A DNA stretch of 64,000 nucleotides, taken from NCBI RefSeq assembly GCF_035084215.1, contig NC_090360.1:10850001-10914000 (forward strand). Direction: 5' to 3'. Positions 38,090 through 49,072 of the stretch are shown here, one piece after another (positions within the stretch are counted from its first letter, which is position 1; each line of letters begins with the position of its first letter). The notes under the pieces were generated by a model. The model was not told the origin of the DNA. It searched no databases and saw only the letters and a program-made list of their open reading frames with translations. Made by a program: the position numbers and the translations under genes. Source of the stretch: Heptranchias perlo. Lineage: Eukaryota.

Positions 38090-38960
38090 GAGGCTGCAGA
38101 GGGATATAAACAGGTTAAGTGATAGGGCATGAAGGTGGCAGATGGAGTATAATATGGGGAAATGTGAAATTATTCACTTTGGTAGGAAGAATAGAAAAGC
38201 AAAATATTTTTTTAAAAGGTGAGAGACTAAGAAATGTTGGTAGTCAGAGGGATTTGGGTGTCCTTGTACATAAATCACCAAAGCTAACATTCAGGTACAG
38301 CAAGCAATTAGGAAGGCAAACTGTATGTTAGCCTTTATTGCAAGGGGGATGGAGTATAAGAGTAAGGAGGTCTTGCTGCAAATATATAGGGCTCTGGTGA
38401 GACCACACCTGGAGCACTGTGTACAGTTTTGGTCGTCTTACCTAAGGAAGGTACTTGCCTTAGAGGGGGTGCAACGAAGGTTCACTAGATTGATTCCTGG
38501 GATGAGAGGGTTGTCCTATGAGGAGAGATTGAGTAGAATGGGCCTATATTCTCTAGAGTTTAGAAGAATGAAAAGTGATCTCATTGAAAGGTATAAAATT
38601 CTTAGAGGGCTTGACAGGGTAGATGCTGAGAGGATGTTTCCATTGGCTGGAGAGTCTAGAACTAGAAGTCATAATCTCAAGATAATGGGTTAGCCATTTA
38701 TGACTGAGATTAGGAGGAATTTCTCCACTCAAGAGGGTCGTGAATCTTTGGAATTCTCTATCCCAGAGGGCTTTGGATGCTCAGTCATTGAGTATATTTA
38801 AGATTGAGATCGATCGATTTTTGGACTCTTAAGGGAATCAAGGGATATGAGGATAGGGCGGGAAAGTGGAGTTGAGTTAGAAGATCAGCCATGATCTTAT
38901 TGAATGGTGGAGCAGGCTCAAGGGGCCATATGGCCTACTCCTGCTCTTGTTTCTTATGTT
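38090..38960 (+). mobile_element. CR1 LINE 3' fragment
   Basis: ORF 38325-38693 matches the CR1 RT C-terminus; CR1 3' UTR present. Confidence 0.93.
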
Positions 38961-39148
38961 GACCTGTTACCCTAATTTGGTCAGATCAAGCTTCAATGAT
39001 CCTTCTCCTGATCAGATGAAAACTGGTTTCACAGTTTTGTCTTTCAACCAATCAGAGGACTGATTATAATGGGTGTGGACAAGGTTCAGAAAATAGATGG
39101 TTGTTCAGCAGAGGCAAAGGAAAGAGGTAAGTTTGAAAGGTGGGGGTT

Positions 39149-39656
39149 GGGTGTGATTTTGATCCCATCCACATAGCGTAAACTGGGTTGGTAGGCAGTT
39201 AAAATCACTTGGGTTACTTACCTGTCAGAAAGTCACAGGGAACTCAACATTCTGTGCTTTAAGCTGCTCTTTCGAGCAGATGGAAAGGACATGTGTCCAA
39301 AACTGGCAGGAACCTTCTTTACATAAGCATGTCATGTCCTGACGATGTCATCGGGACCTGACTGCAATTTTAACTGCTAGCCTGAGCCAGGAAACTGCTG
39401 TAGCTTTCCCGCTGGGTGACGACAAAAGGAAGTGGAGCCGAGGCCCGAACAGGTCATTTTAAAATTTGTTTACTTTCCTTGTGGGACCAGGAGGAGCTCC
39501 TTTTGAGCTCCACAAGGAAAGCTTAGTGCCTCTCCTGCTGCTGCCCCCCTCCCTGAGATCCCCATGAGATGGCCCTCGAAACTGATCGCGCCACCTACCT
39601 GGTTCCAACTCACCTTGCTACCCACCCGCCCAAACCCGGAGTTAAAATCGGGGCCG
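39149..39656. mobile_element. Non-autonomous DNA transposon with imperfect TIRs
   Basis: Left GGGTGTGATTTTGATCCC and right GGAGTTAAAATCGGGGCC are imperfectly complementary. Confidence 0.5.
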
Positions 39657-40654
39657 TGAAGATAATCAAAAGTAATGCTTGTCGAACTGCTTATATTTGT
39701 ATAATGTGTGTGTATTATTCCTACAATAATGGAGCCAATCCTAACATCTCAATGGCATTCTTGTAATATTGCATAATCAACTGATGGTCTAATGTAAAGG
39801 TGACAGTAATTTGCCATTTTGGATATCAAATGTAAGATAACTTTATTAAACAGAGACTGGATAACCATATTGGAAAGTTGGACAGTATTGATTCTGGCAC
39901 CTGGGAAATTCTTCCCCAGACTTTCTCCAAAGAAATAAATTAATAATGAGGCTATACTGTTTTGTATCAAGAATTTATTAAAATATACACTAGTACCAAG
40001 TGCAATGTTTGTGGGATATAGAGTTATATTCCACATTATCATGTAAACCTAGTCTAAAGACAAGCACACAAGTAACTCTCTTGCTTAAATCAGAACTGCT
40101 GGAATAAAGCTATTATGCCTGAAGACTGAAGGAGACGTATTCTAATATGTAGCCAGCAGAGCTGTACTGAGCAAGGATTTACTTTCCACTAATATAACTT
40201 TAGAAATAAGTTTGGCATGGGATAACACAAATTAGAGCATTAGTTAAGAGATGTTCCTGATCAATGTGAGGACACACATCTACTGTATTTTTAAAAAATT
40301 GCTTCTATTAAGTAATACAAATGATAGTTCATTATCTAAATCACAGTGTTGATATTGATTTTGCCACAGGATGTTCAGTGGTCTCAATTTTCCAATGTTT
40401 TCACTCAAATTCCCCCAATCTCATATCTGCACTGTTTACCTTGTTAAAGAAGCTCAGTGCTGTGCAAATGGAGGCTATCAGTGCCATCCCTTGGCCAACC
40501 TACCAATAAGCCAATTTGAGTGGATTGGGAAAGGCTCGTTGCCAGCATTCTTTTCCTTCTCACCAAGGGAAAATATTCCCCATGGGAAATGGTTGTTGAC
40601 ATTTGTAGCTATTGGTGTGATCTTCATCGTTTATTTGCTCTGTCACCAAGACCG

Positions 40655-41484
40655 CCGACTTTCACCTCTGTAAAATTGCCTGCCTCTGCCCATGCGTCGG
40701 CTCATCTGCTGTTGAAACCCTTATCCATGCCTTTGTTATCTCCAGACTGGGCTATTCCAATGGTCTCCTGGCTGGCCTCCCATCTTCCACCCTCCATAAA
40801 CTTGAGCTCATCCAAAACTCTGCTGCCTATATCCTAACTCGCAGCAAGCCCCGTTCTCCCAGCACCCCTGTGTTTGCTGACCTACATTGGCTCCCGGTTC
40901 GGAAACGCCTTGATTTTAAAATTCTCATCCTTGTTTTCAAATCCCTCCATGGCCTCGCCCCATCCCTATCTCTGTAACCTCTTCCAGCCCTACAACCCTC
41001 TGAGATCTCTGCACTCCTCCAATTCTTGCCTCTTGCACATCCCCGATTTTAATCGCTCCACCATTGGCGGTCGTGCCTTCAGCTGCCAAGGCCCTAAGCT
41101 CTGGAATTCCTCCCTAAACCTCTCCGCCTCTCAACCTCCTTTTAAGACGCTCCTTAAAATCTACCTCTTTGTCACCTGTCCCAATATCTCCTAATGTGGC
41201 TCGGTGTCAAATTTTGTCTGATAACATGAGAACATAACAAATAGGAGCAGGAGTAGGCCACATGTCCCTCGAGCCTGCTCCAGCATTCAATAAGACCATG
41301 GCTGATCTTGTACCTCAACTCTACTTTCCCGCCCAACCCCCTTATCCCTTGATTCCCTTAGTGTCCAAATATCCTTCAATCTCAGTCTTGCATATACTCA
41401 TCCATGCTCCTGTGAAGCGCCTTGGGTCGTTTTACTGTGTTAAAGGCACTATATAAATGCAAGTTGTTGTTGTTGTTGTTGTTG
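40655..41484 (+). mobile_element. L2 LINE 3' fragment with (GTT)n tail; CR1 3' end nested at 41224-41400
   Basis: ETLIHAFVISRLGYSN-like and LHWLPV...IGGRAFS...PKLWNS motifs; tail ATATAAATGCAAGTTGTTG... Confidence 0.9.
41224..41400 (-). mobile_element. CR1 3' end nested in L2
   Basis: Reverse complement of the CR1 tail (AAATAGGAGCAGGAGTAGGCCA...CCATGGCTGATC). Confidence 0.85.
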
Positions 41485-41530
41485 TCCTGAAGAAGTCCCT
41501 GAAACTCCTACATTTCCTGCAATAGAATCA

Positions 41531-42169
41531 TTTTTTTTATTCGTTCGCGGGATGTGGGTGTCGCTGGCGAGGCCAGCATTTATTGCCCATCCCTAATTGC
41601 CCTTGAGAAAGTGGCGGTGAGCCGCCTTCTTGAACCACTGCAGTCCGTGTGGTGAAGGTTCTCCCACAGTGCTGTTAGGGAGGGAGTTCCAGGATTTTGA
41701 CCCAGCGACGATGAAAGAACGGCGATATATTTCCAAGTCGGGATGGTGTGTGACTTGGAGGGGAACGTGCAGGTGGTGTTGTTCCGATGTGCCTGCTGCC
41801 CTTGTCCTTCTAGATGGTAGAGGTCGCGGGTTTGGGAGGTGCTGTCGAAGAAGCCTTGGCGAGTTGCTGCAGTGCATCCTGTGGATGGTACACACTGCAG
41901 CCACAGTGCGCCGGTGGTGAAGGGAGTGAATGTTTAGAGTGGTGGATGTGGTGCCAATTAAGCGGGCTGCTTTGTCTTGGATGGTGTCGAGCTTCTTGAG
42001 TGTTGTTGGAGCTGCACTCATCCAGGCAAATGGAGAGTATTCCATCACACTCCTGACTTGTGCCTTGTAGATGTTGGAAAGGCTTTGGGGAGTCAGGAGG
42101 TGAGTCACTCACTGCAGAATACCCAGCCTCTGACCTGCTCTTGTAGCCACAGTATTTATGTGGCTGGTC
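41531..42169 (-). mobile_element. LINE family B, 5'-truncated
   Basis: ORF 41593-42108 is nearly identical to ORF 4232-4789. Confidence 0.93.
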
Positions 42170-42286
42170 ATAGTGGGGGATGAGCTTAAAGCATGATCCT
42201 CACATGGTGAATTGTTGATCCAAGTCAAGCCTTCAGAAAAAGGTGTCAAATAGAAATCAATTGCTTCCTCAGTGGGTGGGTCAAGT

Positions 42287-42362
42287 ATATGGGAACAGGA
42301 ATAGGTCATTCAGCCCCTCGAGCCTGTTCTGCCATTAAACTAAATCATGGCTGATCTAATTG
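42287..42362 (-). mobile_element. CR1 3' tail remnant
   Basis: GGAACAGGAATAGGTCATTCAGCCCCTCGAGCCTG...CATGGCTGATC. Confidence 0.8.
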
Positions 42363-43104
42363 AGGAAGCTGATTTAACTTGTAACTGCTTACAGCAAGGT
42401 AAAGGCTTAGGATTAAGGTTGCTTCTCAACTGGGAAATTATATTTAATCTGAACCTTTGTTATATTTTTATGTATTTAAGACGTCTTAAAGTGCCACTTT
42501 AAATGGTTTACTGCTGACTAGTTTTCTCTGTATTGCAAAGGAATCCGCATTCAAGTATATGGCCTGAAATACCATCGAGGTCCGGTCCACCTTTTGATAG
42601 GGGTGGTGCCTGCAAGCATTGATCTCTACTGTTTTGGATATTTATTCAATCACCCCAGGCCTCCAGCTGGATGTTACCAGGTCTGGATACTACAGATGCA
42701 TGTATTCATTCCGAATTGCTGGGCTGTCAGAGCTAGCTTTGTTCTGAAGCAAAAAAGGGTCAGCCATGTGCCATTGTATCTTTTGATTGAAGAGCGATGA
42801 TCGGTGCCAGCGAAACCTGAACTTAAACCAGCTTCTCACAGTGGGGGATGTCCCATAAGGGCTTCTGGGGGCTTGAGCTAATTGACAGCCCTGCGGCCAG
42901 GCTGAGTAATATATCCAGCATCTTGGCTTCCTTCAGCAGGGTCCTCCTTTGTTCTGTCAATGTAGAAGTATACAGGTGAAGGCTATGTCAGTTGGACTCA
43001 ACCTCATGTATAAATTTTGCCTCCTAGATTCTGGTTCAGGCTCTTGTTATAACGAGAGTTGGCTTTTATTATTTTGTGAATCAAGGAGTTGTAAGTTAAC
43101 TGCA

Positions 43105-45345
43105 ACCGAACAACCGTTAAAGAGGAGATGGTTCGGGTATAGTCTAGGTACATTCACAGGAGGGGAAAAGGTAGGGCAACCAAAGCCAGAGCTCTCTTAA
43201 TGACGAAAGAGTTAGAGAGTAAGATGAAGCAGAAAAAGGAGGCGTATGACAGATGTTAGTTTGATATTACAAGTGAGAACCAGGCTGAATGTAGAATGCT
43301 CAGAGTGGAAGTGAAAAAGGAAATAGGAGGGGCAAAGAGAGAGTATGAGAATAGACTGGCAACTAACAAAAAAGGGAACCCAGAAATCCTCCATAGGCAT
43401 AGGGATGGGGCCGAGTAGGGACCAAAATGGAGATCTACTCATGGAGGCAGAGGGCATAGCTGAGGTACTAAATGAGTACTTTGCATCTGTCTTTACCAAG
43501 GAAGAAGATGCTGCCAAAGTCACGGTAAAAGTGGAGGTAGTTGAGAAACTGGATGGGCTAAAAATTGATGAAGAGGTACTAGAAAGGCTGGCTGTACTTA
43601 AAATAGATAAGTCACCAGTTTGGATGGGATGCATCCTAGGTTGCTCAGGGAGTGAGGGTGGAAATTGCGGAGGTACTGACCATAATCTTCCAATCATCCT
43701 TAGATACAGAAGTGGTGCCAGAGGACTGGAGAATTGCATATGTAACACCCTTGTTCAAAAAAGGGTGTAAGGATAAACCCAGGAACTACAGGCCCGCCAG
43801 TTTAACCTCAGTGTTGGGGAAGCTTCTAGAAACAATAATCCGGGACAAAATTAACAATCACGTGGACAATTGTGAACTAATTAAGGAAAGCCAGTACGGA
43901 TTTGTTAAAGGCAAATCATGTTTAACTGACCTGATTGAGTTTTTTGATGAGGTAACAGAGAGGGTTGATGAGGGTGATGTGGTGTATGTGGACTTCCAAA
44001 AAGCGTTTGATAAAGTGCCACGTAATAGGCTTGTGGGCAAAGTTGAAGTCCATGGAATAAAAGGAGCAGTAGCAGCATGGATACGAAATTGGCTAAGTGA
44101 CAGGAAACAGAGAGTAGTGGTGAATGGTTGTTTTTCGGACAGGAGGGAGGTATACAGTGGTGTTCCCCAGGGGTCAGTACTAGGACCACTGCTTTTCTTG
44201 ATATTTATTAATGACTTGGACTTGGGTGTACAGGACACAATTTCAAAATTTGCAGATAATGCAAAACTTGGAAGTGCAGTGAACAGTGAGGAGGATAGTG
44301 GTAGACTTCAAGAGGACACAGACGGCTGGTGGAATGGGTGGATACTTGGCAGATGAAATTTAATGCAGAGAAGTGCGAAGTGATACATTTTGGTAGGAAG
44401 AATGAGGAAAGGCAATATAAACTAAAGGGTACAATTCTAAAGTGGGTGCAGGAGCAGAGAGACCTGGGATATATGTGCACAGGTCATTGAAAGTGGCAGG
44501 GCAGGTTGAGAAAGTGGTTAAAAAAGCATATGGGATTCTGGGCTTTATAAATAGAGGCATAGAGTACAAAAGCAAACAGAAATAGACAGTTTCCTAGAAG
44601 TAAAGGGAATTAGGGGTTATGAGGAGCGGGCAGGAAATTGGACATGCATTTAGATTTGAGGTTAGGATCAGATCAGCCATGATGTTATTGAATGGCGGAG
44701 CAGGCTCGAGGGGCCGATTGGCCTACTCCTGCTTCTATTTCTTATGTTCTTATGTAGGTTATGATGAACCTTTATAAAATACTGGTTCAGCCACAACTGG
44801 AGTATTGTGTCCAGTTCTGGGCACTACACTTTAGGAAGGACGTGAAGGCCTTGGGGAGGGTGCAGAAAAGCTTTACTAGAATGGTTCCAGGGATGAGGGA
44901 CTTCAGTTATATGCATAGACTGGAGAAGCTGGGATTGTTCTCCTTAGAGCAGAGAAGATAGAGAGGAGATTTGATAGAGGTGCTCAAAATCATGAGAGAT
45001 CTAGACAGAGTATATAGAGAGAAACTGTTCCCATTGGCGGAAGGGTCAAGAACCAGAGGACACAGATTTAAGGTGATTGGCAAAAGAACCAAAGATGACA
45101 TGAGGAAGAACTTTTTACGCAGTGAGTAGTTATGATCTGGAATGCATTGCCTGAGGGGGTGGTGGAGGCAGATTCAATCGTGGTTTTCAAAAGGGAATTG
45201 GATAAATACTTGAAAGAAAACAATTTGCAGGGCTATGGGGAAAGGGCAGGGGAGTGGGACTCGCCGGATTGCTCCTGAAGAGAGCCGGCGTGGACTCGAC
45301 GGGCCGAATGGCCTCTTTATGTGCTGTAACCATTCTATGATTCTA
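43105..45345 (+). mobile_element. CR1 LINE (HER1-like tail), RT region, frameshifted
   Basis: ORF 43652-44356 (NYRPASLTS, DFQKAFDKVP, GVPQGSVLGP, KFAD); tail GGGCCGAATGGCCT...ATTCTATGATTCTA. Confidence 0.95.
44576..44755 (+). mobile_element. CR1 3' end nested in CR1
   Basis: Interrupts the host reading YKSK|EVMMNL; ends in (TTCTTATG)2. Confidence 0.88.
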
Positions 45346-45822
45346 AGTTAATGCAACCTACTATTCCAACCTTTGCTACTATTTTTTTTACTTTTAATAA
45401 ACTTGCTTCATAGATTATAGCCTAAGTCACATGGTATAAAAGGGTGATTATTATTCCATTATCCAAAGAGAAAGATTTTGCATCAATTCCAGTGAGAAAA
45501 TTACAGAAATAAGGGTGTCCTGTCCAACTCTGCAACAGTACAATACCAGATATTGTGCCTATAAGATCACACTGCAGTTCGTAGGGATCGATGGGTTCAC
45601 TTACAGGAGAACTCGAGCGTAGAGCATGAAAACGATATCTCTTGCAGGCTGAAAATCAGAAGAGAGAGAGAAAATTACTAAGAAAACTTAATTTCTGCTA
45701 AACAATTACACATTGCTTTATTAAATTCAGAAGCAAAACACATGAAGAATTAATGGAATGGAAGTAAGAGCTGGCTCGATCTGTACTTTTGTCCGTTGAT
45801 GTTCAGTGTCTTGCTGCTTGTA

Positions 45823-45915
45823 ATGATGTGGAGATGCCGGTGAAAGAGGCTACCTCTTTTTGAATTTAAAATAAAATTGCTGGACTATAACTTGGTGTTG
45901 TAAAATTGTTTACAA
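45823..45915. mobile_element. Penelope-like pLTR copy 4, inverted structure with TSD
   Basis: Tail piece (minus) 45823-45843, hairpin filler, body (plus) 45861-45915; TTGCTGCTTGTA at 45811-45822 and 45916-45927. Confidence 0.88.
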
Positions 45916-46869
45916 TTGCTGCTTGTAGGGAGTGTTTGGACAGTATCAGCTTGGATCAAATTTTTATATAAGCCACTGGCTGATCAGCCATCACTTTCTC
46001 ATTAGGAAATGGTTCAGTGGAATATTTCTTGTATCACTTCCCATCATTTGCATTGAAGGTTACAAGTGAGGTGTTTGAATTTCTGAAACTCTGTATGAGA
46101 AGCACTTGACCTTTCTGCACAACCTACTATATCTCTACATTTGCTTGGCTAACTCTGTTTAAACCTCCCATGGGAAGCTTATTGCAATTGCATTATAGCC
46201 ATTTGTCACTAAACACGTTTTAATTGGCCAATCTGTGAATTTTCATCTAAATTGTAGTGTCAGATACAACAGTCAACATGTTTGCACTGCTGATCAGCCC
46301 GTTGTCCTCTCTTGTGTAAGAAGACATGATACAGTGTCTTACATTGCAGCCAATACAGCAGCTGTGCACCTGTCAAGCTTTCTTCCCTTTTGGGTGCTGC
46401 TTTACAAGTCATTTTTAGAGAGGTAAGGATGAGATGATACCATTTTGGCTTGGGAAAGAAAGATTATTGTTAGGCAAACCGCAGTTTACTTTGTAGCATG
46501 TTGATTTTGCTTTATTGATCTATTTATCTGTTCAAAGGCAACCTTTGGAGCAGTAGCTTGATCTTTTGTTTGTATTGTGTGTACCTGCATAGAAAATTTT
46601 TCAATCAATCCTTTCCATTACTGTTCAGCCTGTCCATGACCAAGGATTGAGTAATATTATAGGATGTTGATTTGCTAATATTTATGCAAATTTTTATTTT
46701 GGGATGGTAGGAAACATTAGGAAATAGGGGAGAGAGACAGAAAGGAAAAGAACTGTGCTCGCAGAAGGAATAAACCAAAAGACACTGCAGAGACTTTCAA
46801 TTACTTATTTTATTAACCTAAATTAGCTCCCTGGTAATCTTTAAACAGTCATAAGTATTCCAGTGCAGG

Positions 46870-47025
46870 CCTCATGACTTTCACACTATTTCATACTTGG
46901 TCTCACTCTGTCCCTTGTTCTATTAACAACACTCACTGCACCTCAAAGTAATTTCTTGAATGTGAAGCATTTTGAGACATTGCTGAGATATGTGTTAATG
47001 TGCTTTATAAATGCCAGTCTTTCTC
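46870..47025 (+). mobile_element. DeuSINE 3' remnant
   Basis: CACCTCAAAGTAATTTC...GTGAAGCATTTTGAGAC...TATAAATGCCAGTCTTTC. Confidence 0.55.
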
Positions 47026-48369
47026 ATTTCTTGCTGTATTAACAACTTATTCTTCCACCAGCTGCCTGTCACAAGTTAGACTCTACCAATTCTTTTATTC
47101 ATGTGCCCAGTTAAATGATCAGACCTAGAATCTAAGACATGCACCCATACGCATGCCATGGATGGGGAGTAGAATACCAGGATAAACGATGACCCATTTC
47201 CCATGACGTTTTGCTTCAGAATTTGCATGGACTGTGCACCGTGCACTGCTATCCACTCCAAAAGGCAGGGAGCACGAGGCTGGCAAATTGTATTGTTCAG
47301 GCTAAAGCTAATGGTCGAATTTATTTACAAGATTTATAATTAAAGAGAAGTAAAAGCAGTACAGCAGATATACAGAAATACGGCCCTTGACCTACACAAT
47401 ATTTCAAATCATATTGAAAACAGTATCCAAAATCTTGAAGTCCCTATCAGAGTCTTGGGCACATTCCTACTCAACAGAGTCCCCCGTGTCACTACTGCAA
47501 GGATGGGGAAACAATTGGTTAAAGTAAGGGAGCTGTCGAATAGAGAACGCTGGACTTATGCTACTCCAGTTTAGCTTTTGACACCTCCGATCAAAGCAGT
47601 TCTTTCACATTAGGCCTATAAACTTGTCGTCTTCATTTTTACCTTTTTGGCAGATAGCATGTGGACTTCCAGCATTTAGATGGGTTTTGTTTGCTTCTAA
47701 CACCTGACTTGCATGTTAAATAGCTTGATCCCAAGATGAATCCTTAGTGACCATCATGCACCTGCAAGCTTCATGTGCATCCAGCATTTCAAAGCTGGAC
47801 AGAATTTCTCATGCGATTAACGTGTAATGATTTCCCTCTAGTAGCTCGGCTATGCTCGCTAGCTCCCACGGAAATTTATATATCCGTAGGAATATTTGTG
47901 AACTGTTTTAACTTGGGCACCAAGACACAGGAATTCTTTTCAGAAGGCACTTAAATGTGCCATTTTAACTTCATAATATATTGGCCAATCTAAAATTTAA
48001 TTTGAAAAATATATAATAGAGATTTTTTTTGATTTGAAGCCAGAAAAGGTCTCTGCTTCCATTACATCACCATCCCTCAGTCTCACTTGTCCCTTACATT
48101 TCCTGCCATCTCTTTTTCTGTTGCACCTTGCTCTTCGTTTCCCTTCCCCACTTTCCACTCACTCTTCCCTATCTCTTCTTCTCTTACCCTTGCTACCTAG
48201 TGTTCTCTACTTTGTCCTGTACTTTTCTTTATTGCACTCAATCCCTCGAGTGTCACTTTAAGCTCTCCCTTTTATTGAATTTCTGCCTCTGCTCCTCTCA
48301 ACTTTCAAACATTTTTCCAAAAGCTTATTGCTTCCTTCTTAAAAAGACTTCCATGTCACCCCCCCCATC

Positions 48370-48490
48370 AGGACTTAAGTGCATAATTGAGGCTGACCCT
48401 CCAGTGCAGTACTGGGGGAGTGCTGCATTGTCAGAGGTGTCATCTTTTGGATAAGATATTAAATGGGCTCCTTGTTCAGATGCATGTACA
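48370..48490 (+). mobile_element. DeuSINE fragment
   Basis: AGGCTGACCCTCCAGTGCAGTACTGGGGGAGTGCTGCATTGTCAGAGGTG. Confidence 0.7.
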
Positions 48491-49072
48491 ATAAAGCTGT
48501 AATGGGAAGATATTGGAGTTGATCTTCTGGAAGGATGAGATCAGATAGACTGCCTTCATCTATGGCCTTGTGACCTTCTCACAATAACCACCATCAGCCC
48601 CTGCTGTTCCACTTTGCAATACATGAGAGGGTTTTTCTTACAAATGTTTGCATCTGGTGCAGAGCCTCACCCATAATAGGAAATTAATGGATGATTTTCC
48701 ACCCATTAACACTGCAATGTTCTCATTTCATCAGTCCATTATTTGTGGTTTATTATTATTTAATGGAATCTGTGAGGAGGCAGAGGTTGTATTTCCATTT
48801 TGTGATTTTCTTTTCTAGTTTTCTTTTTGGTGAATAACTGCATTGCATCACAATCTAGTAGTTAGTGGCAACTGGTTCCTCAGCATTACTGCTCCTACGT
48901 TTTGTCAGTCATGTTAAGTAAGTGACAGGCAGAGGACAGAAATATTTTAAAGCCCCCATAAGGATATCTATGAAATTGTAACAGGCATAGAAATTGGCAG
49001 TAGCCCTTTTTGATTGACTGCAAGCATGTTATTACTGTCTGTCTCGAGGGCTACTTGTTTCTGGTTATAGTA

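Noticed and set aside
42601-42747. Ig-domain-like SGYYRC peptide
   Set aside because: The frame is bounded by stops, with no first Cys/Trp spacing or convincing splice sites.
47067-47977. Possible solo LTR starting TGTCAC
   Set aside because: No matching CA end with TSD and no second copy in the window.
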